Shown here: piece by piece, positions 47,833 through 58,335 of the stretch
How positions within the stretch are numbered: position 1 is the stretch's first letter
Layout: the number at the start of each line of letters is the position of its first letter
Source: Candidatus Omnitrophota bacterium
GTDB lineage: Bacteria; Omnitrophota; Gorgyraeia; JAGLLT01
DNA length: 64,000 nt
Reading direction: 5' to 3'
NCBI GenBank assembly: GCA_030632085.1
Contig: DAOVJY010000006.1
Coordinates: forward strand, 26,805-90,804
Notes under the pieces: generated by a model
The model's database searches: none
Seen by the model: only the letters and a program-made list of their open reading frames with translations
Told to the model about the DNA's origin: nothing
Translations under genes and position numbers: made by a program

Positions 47833-49416
47833 ATGTTAAAGATTAAAAAAGCGATAATAAGCGTATCTGATAAAAGTGGAATTGAAGAATTCACCAGAGG
47901 TTTAAGTAAAATCGGTGTTGAGCTGATTTCAACCGGAGGCACGAAGAAGGCTATTGAGCAGGCGGGTATAGAGGTAACCGCTGTTGCCGAGTATACTAAG
48001 GCGCCCGAGATGCTTGATGGGAGAGTAAAAACCCTGCATCCTAAAATTCACGCGGCTATTCTTGCTAAGAGGGACAACGCGGCGCATCTTAAGCAGTTGG
48101 AGGCGGCCGGAATTAGTTTAATTGATATGGTTGTAGTTAATCTTTATCCTTTTGAGAGAACCGTTGCCAAGCCGGATGTGTCCTTGGATGATGCTGTAGA
48201 GAATATTGATATCGGCGGCCCCGCAATGCTAAGAGCGGCAGCTAAAAATTACAAAGCAGTCGCGGTTCTCAGTTCACCAACTCAGTATGAGCATATATTA
48301 GATGAATTAAAAGCAAATGATGGTTGTCTCAGTGAGGCGACTTTAGCTCGCTTAGCAGTTGAAACCTTCAAAAAAACCTCCAATTATGATACTCAAATAT
48401 ATAATTATCTTGAAAATAATATTTTAAGTGAAGCCGATGGTTCGCCCGCGAAAGGGCGTGATTTTTCCTTTGTTTCTGATTTGAATTTCAATGTTAAAAA
48501 AATACAAGACCTAAGATACGGAGAAAATCCTCATCAGAGAGCCGCTTTTTATCGAGACGATAAAATGAGTCATCCAAGTATATGTGCTGCCAGGCAGTTA
48601 CACGGTAAAGAACTTTCATTTAATAACATTTTAGATTTAAATGCCGCTATTGAAATTATTAAAGATTTCGATAAGCCTATGGCTTGCGTTTTAAAACATA
48701 ATAATCCCTGCGGGGCGGCGGTAGCTGATAATTTAGCTTCCGCTTACAAAATGGCTTTAAATTGCGATCTGATGTCGGCTTATGGCGGTATTGTAGGTTT
48801 AAATCAGGTTGTAGATGAGGAGACGGCCGCTCTCGTGCGGGAAAGCCGTTTCATTGAGTGTGTGGTAGCCTGCGGTTACACTGAAAATGCTCTTGGAATT
48901 TTAAAGAATAAAAAAAATATTAGAATTTTAGATATTCCGGAATTAAATCTTAGGGGTTTGGATATTGATTTAAAGAAAGTAAACGGCGGCCTTTTGCTGC
49001 AAGAAAAGGATTTATTAAGAATTGAACCTCAAGATTTGAAAGTAGTTACTAAAAGAAAACCCACTAAGCAGGAAATAGAATCTCTAATGTTTGCCTGGAG
49101 GATTTGTAAATATGTAAAATCCAATGCTATCGTATTGGCAAAGGACACAAAAACCGTAGGCATTGGTGCCGGCCAGATGAGCCGTATTGATTCAGTAATT
49201 ATTGCAATCAGAAAAGCCGGCAAGTTAACAAAAGATGCTGTAATGGCAAGTGACGCTTTTTTCCCCATGAAAGATTCTGTAGAGTATGCTCATAAAGCCA
49301 ATATAAAAGCTATTATACAGCCGGGTGGTTCAATAAGAGACGCGGAAGTTATAAAAGAAGCTAATGACCGCGGCATTGCTATGGTTTTCACCGGCATCAG
49401 GCATTTCAAACATTAA
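47833..49416 (+). CDS. purH: Bifunctional AICAR transformylase / IMP cyclohydrolase
   Basis: N-terminal MGS-like domain (KKAIISVSDKSGIEEF...) and C-terminal AICARFT domain; 527 aa. Confidence 0.9.
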   Translation: MLKIKKAIISVSDKSGIEEFTRGLSKIGVELISTGGTKKAIEQAGIEVTAVAEYTKAPEMLDGRVKTLHPKIHAAILAKRDNAAHLKQLEAAGISLIDMVVVNLYPFERTVAKPDVSLDDAVENIDIGGPAMLRAAAKNYKAVAVLSSPTQYEHILDELKANDGCLSEATLARLAVETFKKTSNYDTQIYNYLENNILSEADGSPAKGRDFSFVSDLNFNVKKIQDLRYGENPHQRAAFYRDDKMSHPSICAARQLHGKELSFNNILDLNAAIEIIKDFDKPMACVLKHNNPCGAAVADNLASAYKMALNCDLMSAYGGIVGLNQVVDEETAALVRESRFIECVVACGYTENALGILKNKKNIRILDIPELNLRGLDIDLKKVNGGLLLQEKDLLRIEPQDLKVVTKRKPTKQEIESLMFAWRICKYVKSNAIVLAKDTKTVGIGAGQMSRIDSVIIAIRKAGKLTKDAVMASDAFFPMKDSVEYAHKANIKAIIQPGGSIRDAEVIKEANDRGIAMVFTGIRHFKH

Positions 49417-49422
49417 TCTCTA

Positions 49423-50751
49423 ATGAAATATCAAGAAACAGTAGCCTACCTGAATTCGTTTATAAACTTCGAGGAAAAAATAAAGTTTAATTATAAGCGG
49501 CTAAAACTTAACCGAGTTCGCTCTATACTTGATATTCTGGGTAATCCCCAACATTATCTGAAGGCTATTAAGATCGCCGGTACAAAAGGTAAGGGGTCTA
49601 CCGCTAATTATATCAGTAATATTTTATTTACGGCCGGCTATAGAACGGGTTTATACACCTCTCCTCATTTGCATGATTTCAGGGAAAGAATAAAATTAAA
49701 TAATAAGTTAATTACAAAAAAAGAGTTAATTGAAGTTGTCGCGGTTGCGCGAAAGGCGATTAGGAAGCACTTAAATCAAGGCGGGCAAAAACCAACATTC
49801 TTTGAAGTTTATACAATTTGCGCCTTTTATTATTTTTATATCAAAAAAACGGATTTCGTGGTTTTAGAAGCGGGTTTAGGGGGAAGGTTGGACGCGACTA
49901 ATGTTGCCGGGGGTATAATTTCAGTTTTGACTTCCATAAGTTATGAACATATGGATAAATTAGGCAAAAAATTAGAGTCTATTGCCTTTGAGAAAGCTTC
50001 AATAATAAATAATAATTCTTTTGTAATTAGTTCGTACCAGCGGCCTTCAGCCATGAGAGTTATTCGGCGCGTGGCGAAGGCAAAGAAAGCTAAACTCTAC
50101 GTTTACGGAAAAGATTTTAATTGTAAATTAGAAAAGATATCTAATTTGAAACAGAGCTTTTCGTACCATGGTTTTTTGGTTAGCCTTCCTGCTTTAAAAA
50201 CAACTCTTTTAGGTGAACATCAACTTGAAAATGCCTCCTGTGCTTTGGCTGTTATAGAAGTTCTTGCAATCTTAGGCTATAAGATAGATAATATGTCTAT
50301 CAAGAGAGCTATAGCTAATACTGACTGGCCCGGCCGCCTTGAAATTGTGGATAAAGAGCCATATATTGTTTTAGATGGAGCTCAGAATAAAGCCAGTACG
50401 CGGGTATTAGTTAAAGCTCTAAAAATTTTTAAATATAAAAAACTTATTGTTATTTTGGGAATTTCCGCTGATAAAGATATAAAAGGTATATGCCGGCTTA
50501 TAAATACAGCTGCCGATAGCATTATTATAACTAAAAGTTTTCATCCCAGGGCCGCGTTGCCCGATGTTATCAATGAATGTTTTAAGAGTATAAAAAGAAG
50601 AGACGCGGAAATTACTTACAGTATTACCAGCGCTCTGAAGTTAGCACGTAGGTTGAGTAAAAAAGATGATTTAATAATCTGTTGTGGTTCATTGTTTGTG
50701 GTTGCTGAAGCGAGGCGTTTACTAAGTAACGGTAAAAGATTAACTAAATAA
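49423..50751 (+). CDS. folC: Folylpolyglutamate synthase / dihydrofolate synthase (Mur ligase family)
   Basis: P-loop GTKGKGST, Mur-ligase middle and C domains. Confidence 0.8.
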   Translation: MKYQETVAYLNSFINFEEKIKFNYKRLKLNRVRSILDILGNPQHYLKAIKIAGTKGKGSTANYISNILFTAGYRTGLYTSPHLHDFRERIKLNNKLITKKELIEVVAVARKAIRKHLNQGGQKPTFFEVYTICAFYYFYIKKTDFVVLEAGLGGRLDATNVAGGIISVLTSISYEHMDKLGKKLESIAFEKASIINNNSFVISSYQRPSAMRVIRRVAKAKKAKLYVYGKDFNCKLEKISNLKQSFSYHGFLVSLPALKTTLLGEHQLENASCALAVIEVLAILGYKIDNMSIKRAIANTDWPGRLEIVDKEPYIVLDGAQNKASTRVLVKALKIFKYKKLIVILGISADKDIKGICRLINTAADSIIITKSFHPRAALPDVINECFKSIKRRDAEITYSITSALKLARRLSKKDDLIICCGSLFVVAEARRLLSNGKRLTK

Positions 50752-50760
50752 ATATTTATT

Positions 50761-52161
50761 ATGAAAAGAAATAAATCAGAAGCAGATACAATTGCCGCCA
50801 TATCGACCCCTATCGGGGTGGGTGGTTTGGCTATAATACGCATAAGCGGTTCCAAGGCGATTAGAGTTGCCGGGAAGATTTTTAGAGCAAAAAATAAAAA
50901 ATCAGTTTTAAAGGCTGAGAGCCATACGATTCTGTATGGTTATGTATTTGATTCCTCAAAAAATAAAAAATCGGTTGATGAGGTCCTTTTGAGTCTTATG
51001 AGAGCTCCTAAAACTTATACCACCGAAGATGTAGTTGAGATAAGTTGCCATGGTGGGTTGGCCGCGGCCAGAGTGATATTGGAACTGTTATTGAAGTCCG
51101 GCGCGCGCTTGGCCGAGGCGGGAGAATTTACTAAACGAGCCTTTATTAATGGGCGCATTGATTTAGCGCAGGCGGAAGCCGTCAATGATATGATTAATGC
51201 CAAAACCGATAAAAGCCTGCAACTTGCTTTTGAACATCTTAAAGGTAATTTTTCCGGTTCCATAAAACAAATGGCAGATGATTTAGCTGATATTATCTCG
51301 GATGTAGAAGCGGCTATTGATTTTGACTCTCAGCACATTAAGAGCTTAAATAAAAAAAGCCTCAAGGATAACCTCAAGAAAAAATTGGATATCATAGATA
51401 AGATGATTAAAGAGGCTGATTACGGTATAGTTGTTAACGAAGGTATTTCTGTTGTGATTTGCGGTAAGGCAAATGTTGGAAAATCGAGCCTAATGAATGC
51501 TTTTTTAAAAACCGAGAAAGTAATCGTTAGCCCCATACCGGGAACGACAAGAGATACTATTGAAGAAGTTATTAATATTAGGGGCGTGGCTTTAAAATTT
51601 ATAGATACCGCGGGAATGATTAAGTCCGCCGATATTTTAGAGGCTAAAAGCATCAAGAAGACTATTGAGTCTTTAGAGAGAGCTGATTTAGTTTTGTTTA
51701 TTTTAGATGTATCAAAGAAAATAACATCGGATGATAAAGAGATAATCAACCTCATAGCTGATAGGCCGCATATAATTGCTTTAAATAAGGTTGATTTAAA
51801 GAGAAAAATCAATCTTAACCCTATAGCTGATTTTATTAAAGGCAAAAAAGTGCTTAATATATCGGCCACCGGGAGAACTAATTTAGATGAACTGGAAAAA
51901 GAAATCCTAAAAACTGTTTTTGATGGCCGCTCGAGAAGCATTAACAGCCAGATGATTAATAATTTAAGGCAAAAGGAGCTCGTTAAGGATTGTTATGAAG
52001 CGCTGCTTAGAGCTTATAAATCCCTTTGTAATAATTTGTCATATGAATTTGTCTCGCTTGATTTAAGGGAAGCCCTTAATCATTTATTGGCTGTAACCGG
52101 CCAGGCAGCCAGTGTTGATATCTTAGAAAGGATTTTTAGTAAATTTTGTATAGGAAAATAA
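50761..52161 (+). CDS. mnmE: tRNA modification GTPase MnmE
   Basis: G1 GKANVGKSSLMN, G-domain motifs, C-terminal CIGK. Confidence 0.9.
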   Translation: MKRNKSEADTIAAISTPIGVGGLAIIRISGSKAIRVAGKIFRAKNKKSVLKAESHTILYGYVFDSSKNKKSVDEVLLSLMRAPKTYTTEDVVEISCHGGLAAARVILELLLKSGARLAEAGEFTKRAFINGRIDLAQAEAVNDMINAKTDKSLQLAFEHLKGNFSGSIKQMADDLADIISDVEAAIDFDSQHIKSLNKKSLKDNLKKKLDIIDKMIKEADYGIVVNEGISVVICGKANVGKSSLMNAFLKTEKVIVSPIPGTTRDTIEEVINIRGVALKFIDTAGMIKSADILEAKSIKKTIESLERADLVLFILDVSKKITSDDKEIINLIADRPHIIALNKVDLKRKINLNPIADFIKGKKVLNISATGRTNLDELEKEILKTVFDGRSRSINSQMINNLRQKELVKDCYEALLRAYKSLCNNLSYEFVSLDLREALNHLLAVTGQAASVDILERIFSKFCIGK

Positions 52162-52308
52162 AGAAACAGGATTAAGAATTAAGGATTAAGGATTAAGTTA
52201 GAAGCAAAAGACAAATAGCGTATAGCAGATAGCGTAGAGCAGATAGGAAAAGCAAAAAAACAAAAAGAACAAAAAATTAAAAGGCAAAAAATAGTAGTTT
52301 GAGTATAT
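52162..52308. repeat. Dispersed repeat family member (aaggattaaggattaag ... agcagatagcgtagagcagatagg ...) immediately 5' of the conserved folE leader hairpin
   Basis: agcagatagcgtagagcRgatagg recurs at 60505-60535 and 62395-62422. Confidence 0.6.
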
Positions 52309-52413
52309 ATCCCCCTTGTTTTCGCGAGAAAACATGCAGGGGGGATTAATTCATGCTTATCATTTACGCAAGCTTCGCTTTCGTAAAAGATGCATTCATT
52401 AAGGAGATTTAAT
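52309..52413 (+). promoter_or_regulatory. Conserved leader element of folE. Hairpin 1 (atccccc ttgttttc GCGA gaaaaca..gcaggggggat, 52309-52346), hairpin 2 (52353-52395), then a conserved tcattaaggagat RBS block. The same architecture precedes bioY.
   Basis: Hairpin 1 sequence is identical to the bioY copy except for its loop (GCGA vs TAAA); hairpin 2 differs in sequence but is still a hairpin. The 5' strand CCCCCTT is also partly complementary to the AAGGAG SD. Confidence 0.5.
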
Positions 52414-52977
52414 ATGGAAATTGATAAAAGTAAAATTAAAAAGGCCGTTAAACTGTTTCTTGAAGCCATTGGCGAAGATGAGAACAGGCAAGGCTTAATT
52501 CATACACCTCAGCGTGTAGCTGATATGTGTGATGAGCTGTTTGCCGGGGTTACAAAGAAAGCAGACAAGGAGTTGGAAGTTATTTTTACTAAAGAACATG
52601 ATGAGATAATTTTAATCAGAGATATCACCTTTTATTCGCTTTGCGAACACCATTTATTACCATTCTTTGGTAAAGCGCATTTAGCTTATATTCCTTCCGG
52701 TAAACGGATTACCGGTTTAAGTAAATTAGCCAGAACAGTTGATCTTATATCCAAAAAGCTGCAAATACAGGAAAACTTGACAACTGAGATAGCTGATTTA
52801 GTTATGAAAAAATTAAAGCCTAAAGGGGTTATGGTTGTTGTAGAGGCGGAGCATTTATGTATGAGCATGCGGGGGGTAAAAAAACCGGGCTCACAGACCA
52901 TCACCAGTGCTGTTCGGGGTGTATTTAGGTCTAATGAAAAAACAAGGGCCGAAACCTTAGCGCTTATAAAATTTTGA
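52414..52977 (+). CDS. folE: GTP cyclohydrolase I
   Basis: Start at the ATG after AAGGAG (MEIDKSK); folE-type motifs (CEHH..PF.G..H..Y.P); the upstream extension to 52390 overlaps the leader hairpin. Confidence 0.85.
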   Translation: MEIDKSKIKKAVKLFLEAIGEDENRQGLIHTPQRVADMCDELFAGVTKKADKELEVIFTKEHDEIILIRDITFYSLCEHHLLPFFGKAHLAYIPSGKRITGLSKLARTVDLISKKLQIQENLTTEIADLVMKKLKPKGVMVVVEAEHLCMSMRGVKKPGSQTITSAVRGVFRSNEKTRAETLALIKF

Positions 52978-53036
52978 CACGATAAGCCGAGAATATGCTA
53001 TAATATGTTGTGGAAATTAGAGTTAAGAAATAAAGG

Positions 53037-54179
53037 GTGTTGTTTATGAGCATAGAAAATCTGCAGAAGGATATTAGAGGCCTCAAAAGCCGGTTAGCCC
53101 AAAAAGACCAGCAAATAAAAGAGCTGCAGCTTATGCATAAAATCAGTAAAGAAGCTGCCGGTGTGACTAATTTGAAAAAAACACTTCAATTAATTATTGA
53201 GGAAGCTTGCGGCGCGTTTGAAGCCGGCATTGGTTCTATTTTGCTCTTTGATTCCAAATCTAAAGAGTTAGTGATGAAGGCGGCCAGAGGCCTTGATGCT
53301 GAGTTCTTAAAAAGCGTAAGGATTAAAATAGGTGAGAGAATTTCAGGCTGGGTAGCTGAATCCAGGAAACCTCTTTTAGTTGTTGATGTTGAAAGTGATG
53401 AGAGATTTGCCAAGCGCAGTAATGAAAAATATTTTAACAAATCTCTTATTACCGCTCCTATTTCCTGCCGGAATAAGTTTTTGGGGGTAATTAATATAAA
53501 TAATAAGAAAAGTATGGAAGTCTTTACCGAGCATGATTTAGACCTTTTGGTTGCTATAGCTGAACAAGCGGGGATTATAATAAGTAATGCTGATACTTAT
53601 AGACAGTTTCAAGAGGTTTATTTAAATACGGTTTCAGCTTTAACGGAAGCAATTGATACCAGAGATCATTATACTAAGAGTCATTCTGAACATGTGACTA
53701 AGTATGCAATGAGTATTGCTAAAGAGATGGATTTGGATGATGAGAGGATGAATATCTTAAGAGATGCCTCGAAGCTTCATGATATAGGTAAAATTGGAGT
53801 GCATGATTATATTTTGATGAAACCCGGTAAACTTACTAAGGAAGAATGGGAAGAAATTAAATTGCATTCCATAAAAGGCGTTAAAATACTTCAACCCTTA
53901 ACTTTTTTAAATGGCTCCCTTGATGCCATAAGGGGACATCATGAAAGGTTTGACGGTAAGGGATATCCCGATGGTAAAAAAGGTAAAAATATTTCCTTAG
54001 AAGCCCGGATTATGGCTGTGGCTGATTCGTTTGATGCTATGACGACTGAACGGCCATACAGAAAAGGCCTTAGCATCAAAGAAGCCAGAGAAGAAATGAT
54101 ACGCAATAAAGGCGCTCAGTTTGATCCCGAAATAGTTGACGCTTTCATTCACTGCCTAGACAAGCAAAAGTTAAAATAG
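53037..54179 (+). CDS. GAF-domain HD-GYP phosphodiesterase (c-di-GMP hydrolase family)
   Basis: GAF domain followed by HD (HDIGKIGV) and HHERFDGKGYPDG motifs. Confidence 0.8.
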   Translation: MLFMSIENLQKDIRGLKSRLAQKDQQIKELQLMHKISKEAAGVTNLKKTLQLIIEEACGAFEAGIGSILLFDSKSKELVMKAARGLDAEFLKSVRIKIGERISGWVAESRKPLLVVDVESDERFAKRSNEKYFNKSLITAPISCRNKFLGVININNKKSMEVFTEHDLDLLVAIAEQAGIIISNADTYRQFQEVYLNTVSALTEAIDTRDHYTKSHSEHVTKYAMSIAKEMDLDDERMNILRDASKLHDIGKIGVHDYILMKPGKLTKEEWEEIKLHSIKGVKILQPLTFLNGSLDAIRGHHERFDGKGYPDGKKGKNISLEARIMAVADSFDAMTTERPYRKGLSIKEAREEMIRNKGAQFDPEIVDAFIHCLDKQKLK

Positions 54180-54190
54180 TTAGGAGGTAA

Positions 54191-54502
54191 TTGATGCAAA
54201 ATGATAACCAAAATGAAATTCTCGATCTCTCATCTGAAATAGATGAAGACAGGAAAAAGGGCAAAGGTTATGCGACTATTTTAGCCAATATTGCAGGGGA
54301 TGTGCACAAGCGCGATATAGAAAAAGCCGAAAAACTACAAGCGGAGAAACAGAGGGGTTCTAATTTTATCAGGAGGTTGTTAAAAAAATTCGGTCGCGGG
54401 AATAAAAAGACATCTATTACGGCCGAAGATATAAGCGGCCTGAAAAAGAATGATGTATACGAAGAAGATGTAATCACTAATTATTTTGATAAAAAGGTAT
54501 GA
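54191..54502 (+). CDS. Hypothetical small charged protein
   Basis: ORF with an AGGAGG RBS. Confidence 0.35.
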   Translation: MMQNDNQNEILDLSSEIDEDRKKGKGYATILANIAGDVHKRDIEKAEKLQAEKQRGSNFIRRLLKKFGRGNKKTSITAEDISGLKKNDVYEEDVITNYFDKKV

Positions 54503-54596
54503 GTTCGCGGTAAAAAAGCTTGATTTTTGTACTGCCTTAGGATATAATAAATCGTCATTTTTAATCATTTAAATTGCAAAGGAAATTTGCTTATAT

Positions 54597-55046
54597 ATGG
54601 CGGATTTTTTTATCGTTTTATTCAAAAATAAAGTTTTTTTAACTACTGTAATCTCTTGGTTTATTGCCCAAAGTATTAAGGTTTTACTGGGCATTATAAG
54701 CGAGAAGAGGTTTAATTTTAAGTGGTTTGTCGGTACCGGGGGTATGCCGAGCTCTCACGTGGCAGGCGTTTCCGCTATGGCGACAGCAGTAGGTTTAATA
54801 AGCGGCCCGGAGTCAGTTATTTTCGCGGTTTCTTTAGTCTTTGCTGTTATTGTTATGTTTGATGCTCAAGGGGTTAGGCAAGCTACAGGCATTCAGGCGG
54901 AAGTGCTTAATGAGATTACAACTGATATTTACTTTAAAAGAGGCCTTAAGGAAGAAAAATTAAAGGAACTTGTCGGGCATACCCGAGTTGAGGTTTTAGT
55001 TGGAGCGCTGCTGGGAATAATTGTAGCTTTACTGGTTTGTAAGTAA
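54597..55046 (+). CDS. Divergent PAP2 / DUF212-family membrane protein (YuiD-like)
   Basis: GGMPSSHVAG motif and TM helices. Confidence 0.65.
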   Translation: MADFFIVLFKNKVFLTTVISWFIAQSIKVLLGIISEKRFNFKWFVGTGGMPSSHVAGVSAMATAVGLISGPESVIFAVSLVFAVIVMFDAQGVRQATGIQAEVLNEITTDIYFKRGLKEEKLKELVGHTRVEVLVGALLGIIVALLVCK

Positions 55047-55068
55047 AAATTTCAGGGGGTGATTTGAT

Positions 55069-55965
55069 TTGAAAAGAGTATTTATGTCAATTCTAGCAGC
55101 TGTTTTAGTGCTTGCCTTATTTATCGTTTTTATAACCGGCAAAAGGAACGCGGGTAATTTTGAAAGGCAATTGCAGCACGCTAGGCTTTTAGCGCAAAAC
55201 GGTGATCTAAAAGCAGCTGAGATTTTTTATAATGAGATTATTGATAAATACAAAAACGAACCCGAAGTCACTGAAGCAATAGTTGACCTGGCCGAGGTCT
55301 ACCAGGTTAAAGGGCAAATGCTTAAAGTGAAAGGTATATATCAAAAAGTTATTTCTGAATATCCGAACAGCAGTCAGGCGGCAGCTGTTCAGGAAAAACT
55401 TTGGAATGTAAATATAAGTATTTTATTTTCCGGCTTAATTACAGATAACAGTCAAATTTATGAAGTTCAGGCAAGAGATACTTTAAATAAAATCGCAAAG
55501 AAATTTCATACGACGGTAGATTTAATTCAGAAAAGCAACGGCCTCAAGGATACTCTAATCAGGCCGGGAGATAGGCTTAAGGTGGTCAATGCCGACTTTA
55601 GCATTGTAGTTGATAAGTCTCAAAATACTCTTACTTTGAAGGTAAAAGATGATGTTATTAAGATTTATAATGTTTCTACCGGTAAAAATAACTCTACTCC
55701 CGTAGGAGAGTTTACTATAGACAATAAGCTCAAAAACCCTGTTCACTACAAAAAAAGTGAGATTGTTCCGGCAGAAAGCCCGGATAATGTTTTAGGTTCT
55801 CGCTGGATGGGGCTGTCAGTTTTTTCATATGGCATTCATGGAACAACTGATGAAGCAACCATAGGCCAGCAAATAACCGAAGGTTGCGTCAGGATGCGCA
55901 ACAATGAAGTTGAAGAACTTTATGTAATTGTGCCGCTTGGCACTAAAGTGGCCATAGTAAATTAA
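55069..55965 (+). CDS. LysM-domain L,D-transpeptidase (YkuD family)
   Basis: LysM ([16 protein letters not shown]), YkuD catalytic motif (YGIHGTTDE...TEGCVRM); TTG start after AGGGGGTGA. Confidence 0.75.
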   Translation: MKRVFMSILAAVLVLALFIVFITGKRNAGNFERQLQHARLLAQNGDLKAAEIFYNEIIDKYKNEPEVTEAIVDLAEVYQVKGQMLKVKGIYQKVISEYPNSSQAAAVQEKLWNVNISILFSGLITDNSQIYEVQARDTLNKIAKKFHTTVDLIQKSNGLKDTLIRPGDRLKVVNADFSIVVDKSQNTLTLKVKDDVIKIYNVSTGKNNSTPVGEFTIDNKLKNPVHYKKSEIVPAESPDNVLGSRWMGLSVFSYGIHGTTDEATIGQQITEGCVRMRNNEVEELYVIVPLGTKVAIVN

Positions 55966-55967
55966 AG

Positions 55968-56933
55968 ATGAATATTAATGGTTTAGAGTTTGAAAAACCC
56001 ATTATTGAGCTTGAAAAAAAGATAGAAGAGCTGCAAAATTTCACTTCTGATGAGAAGATAAATCTTGACAAAGAGATTGGCCATCTTCAGCAGAAGCTGG
56101 ATGAAGTTAAGAGAGATATTTATGATAGCTTAACGCCTTGGCAGCGGATTCAGATAGCTCGTCATCCAAACAGGCCTTACACGTTAGATTATATAAATCT
56201 TATTACAACCGGCTTTTTGGAGCTGCATGGCGACAGAACTTTTAGGGATGATAAGGCTTTAATAGGTGGGTTTGCCCATATTGATGATAGAAAGATTCTA
56301 ATCCTTGGGCATCAGAAAGGCAGAGGAATAAAAGATCAGGTTTTCAGAAACTTTGGATGCGCTCACCCGGAAGGTTATCGTAAGGCCATGCGTTTGATGA
56401 AATTGGCTGAGAAGTTCAGAGTTCCTGTTGTTTGTCTGATTGATACGCCGGGGGCTTATCCTGGAATTGGAGCCGAGGAAAGAGGCCAGGCGGAAGCGAT
56501 TGCCGTCAATATCAGAGAAATGTCCAACTTGAAAGTTCCTATAATAGTAGTGGTTATAGGAGAAGGGGGATCAGGCGGAGCCTTAGGTATAGGTGTTGGT
56601 GACAGGGTTTGTGTTTTGGAAAACGCTTATTATTCAGTTATATCTCCGGAAGGTTGTTCCGCTATTCTCTGGAAGAAAAAAGGATTAGCTCAGGAAGCGG
56701 CAGAAGCTTTAAAACTTACAGCAAAAGATTTATATAAATTTAAAATTATTGATGAAATAATTCCGGAACCCTTAGGCGGCGCGCATAGAAATTATGAATC
56801 TACGGCTAAAAATGTTAAAAAATCAATATTAAAAAACTTAATTCAGTTATCTGAGATGGACATCAACACATTACTTGATAAGAGATATGAGAAGTATAGA
56901 AACATCGGAGTTTTTAAAGAGCCCAATGAATAG
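55968..56933 (+). CDS. accA: Acetyl-CoA carboxylase carboxyltransferase alpha subunit
   Basis: Full-length AccA similarity (LDFEKPI...GGAHR). Confidence 0.9.
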   Translation: MNINGLEFEKPIIELEKKIEELQNFTSDEKINLDKEIGHLQQKLDEVKRDIYDSLTPWQRIQIARHPNRPYTLDYINLITTGFLELHGDRTFRDDKALIGGFAHIDDRKILILGHQKGRGIKDQVFRNFGCAHPEGYRKAMRLMKLAEKFRVPVVCLIDTPGAYPGIGAEERGQAEAIAVNIREMSNLKVPIIVVVIGEGGSGGALGIGVGDRVCVLENAYYSVISPEGCSAILWKKKGLAQEAAEALKLTAKDLYKFKIIDEIIPEPLGGAHRNYESTAKNVKKSILKNLIQLSEMDINTLLDKRYEKYRNIGVFKEPNE

Positions 56934-57240
56934 CTTATGGCTAATAGCTTATGGCTAATGGCTTATGGCAAAGAGCATAGGGCTAAGAGCAAAAAAAGAA
57001 GCGGATATTTATTAGCGTTTAGCGTGTAGCGTATACAAAAACAAGAAACAATAACCAAGAGACAATAACCAAATAATAACCAATGACCAAATTCAAAATA
57101 ACCAAAGCAAAACAAGAGCAACTGTTTGATTATTAAATATTGTTTGCCTCTTGTAACTTGTGTCTTGTGACTGGTGACTTTGCAACTTGTATCTTGATTG
57201 CTGGTGATTTAAACTTAAATAATTTTGACAATACTTATAT
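56934..57240. repeat. Largest dispersed-repeat composite: tagcttatggctaat x3, agcgtttagcgtgtagcgtatac, ataaccaa block (A-copy with a 7-nt deletion), then an inverted partner (ttgcctcttgtaacttgtgtcttgtgactggtgactt) able to fold back on the forward half
   Basis: Word-level matches to regions at 4368-4489, 46983-47110 and 62345-62700; internal inverted symmetry read directly. Confidence 0.6.
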
Positions 57241-57347
57241 ATCCCCCCTTGTTTTCTAAAGAAAACACGCAGGGGGGATTAATTCGCCCAAATAATTTAT
57301 GACATCCGACGGATGACATAAATTATGTGCTCATTAAGGAGATAAAA
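57241..57347 (+). promoter_or_regulatory. Conserved leader element of bioY: second copy of the hairpin1 / hairpin2 / tcattaaggagat architecture seen before folE
   Basis: Hairpin 1 at 57241-57279 with TAAA loop; hairpin 2 at 57292-57326 (aataatttatgacatccg / cggatgacataaattat); SD at 57336-57341. Confidence 0.5.
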
Positions 57348-57932
57348 ATGAAGACATTTGAATTAAACATAAAAACCATTAGGCATCTTTTGGATTTAGA
57401 AATAACTTTGCCTAAATCTTTATTGAAAGCGATAGGCGTAGGAGTATTTGTTTTTCTAACAGCAGCAGGTGCCTATATAAGAGTCCCCTTATTTTTTACT
57501 CCGGTCCCCTTAACGATGCAAACATTGTTTGTTCTTCTTTCCGGCGCAATATTAAAAAAGAAATACGGTTCTATTTCTCAGATTTTGTATGTTGCTTTAG
57601 GTGCTTTAGGCCTGCCTTTGTTCGCGGGAGCTGTCTCCGGTTTTGGAATTATTTTGGGCCCGACAGGTGGTTATCTTATGGGATTTATTTTGGCTTCTTT
57701 TATTTTAGGTGTTCTGTTGGATAAAAAAGAGAGGCCGTTATTTGAGTTGATTATTTCATTTGTTTTTGTTAGTATTCTTATTTTAGCATTAGGTTCTCTT
57801 TGGCTTAAGGTTTTCTTAGGTGTGGGTATAAAGCAAGCTTTCATGATAGGTTTTTTACCTTTTATCGTAGGTGATATATTAAAATGCTTGTTAGCCGCGA
57901 CAGTCTACGATAAACTAAAACACAAATTTTAA
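57348..57932 (+). CDS. bioY: Biotin transporter BioY (ECF S-component)
   Basis: Start at the ATG after AAGGAG (MKTFELNIK); 5-6 TM, BioY-family pattern. Confidence 0.75.
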   Translation: MKTFELNIKTIRHLLDLEITLPKSLLKAIGVGVFVFLTAAGAYIRVPLFFTPVPLTMQTLFVLLSGAILKKKYGSISQILYVALGALGLPLFAGAVSGFGIILGPTGGYLMGFILASFILGVLLDKKERPLFELIISFVFVSILILALGSLWLKVFLGVGIKQAFMIGFLPFIVGDILKCLLAATVYDKLKHKF

Positions 57933-57933
57933 A

Positions 57934-58335
57934 TTGTTTATTATCAGAGCTCATCATCTTTTATGTGTTCTCGGCTTTAAAGGGTATGGTTATAGCGAGG
58001 ATTTCATTGATAACTTTACAAAAATCCACAAGGAAGTAAAGAAGAAATCAACCATAATAAAAATAGTTTGTGAAAAAGACGATGTGTGTAAATGTTGCCC
58101 TAAATTGAGGACAGATTGCCTGGAAGATATAAACCCGGGAAATATTGATAAAGCTGTTCTCTCTAAACTTAAGATCGCTGCCGGCAGCATTTATAAAAGT
58201 GAGACCATATACAGAAAATTGACAGATTGTATCAAAGTTGATGATTTAGATGTTATTTGCGCGTCTTGTCCCTGGCTTGAAAAAGGTTGGTGTAAACAGG
58301 GACTCAAAAAATTAAAAGATAAATTGGCGGTGTAG
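57934..58335 (+). CDS. Cys-rich small protein (DUF1284-like, putative metal/FeS binding)
   Basis: CxxCC, CxxC clusters; non-ATG start as given by the ORF track. Confidence 0.4.
   Translation: MFIIRAHHLLCVLGFKGYGYSEDFIDNFTKIHKEVKKKSTIIKIVCEKDDVCKCCPKLRTDCLEDINPGNIDKAVLSKLKIAAGSIYKSETIYRKLTDCIKVDDLDVICASCPWLEKGWCKQGLKKLKDKLAV

Noticed and set aside
52309-52413. Calling the folE leader a THF (or THF-II) riboswitch
   Set aside because: I cannot recognise the THF consensus by eye, and the same element precedes bioY, which THF riboswitches are not known to control. Left as an unclassified structured leader pending an Rfam/Infernal scan.
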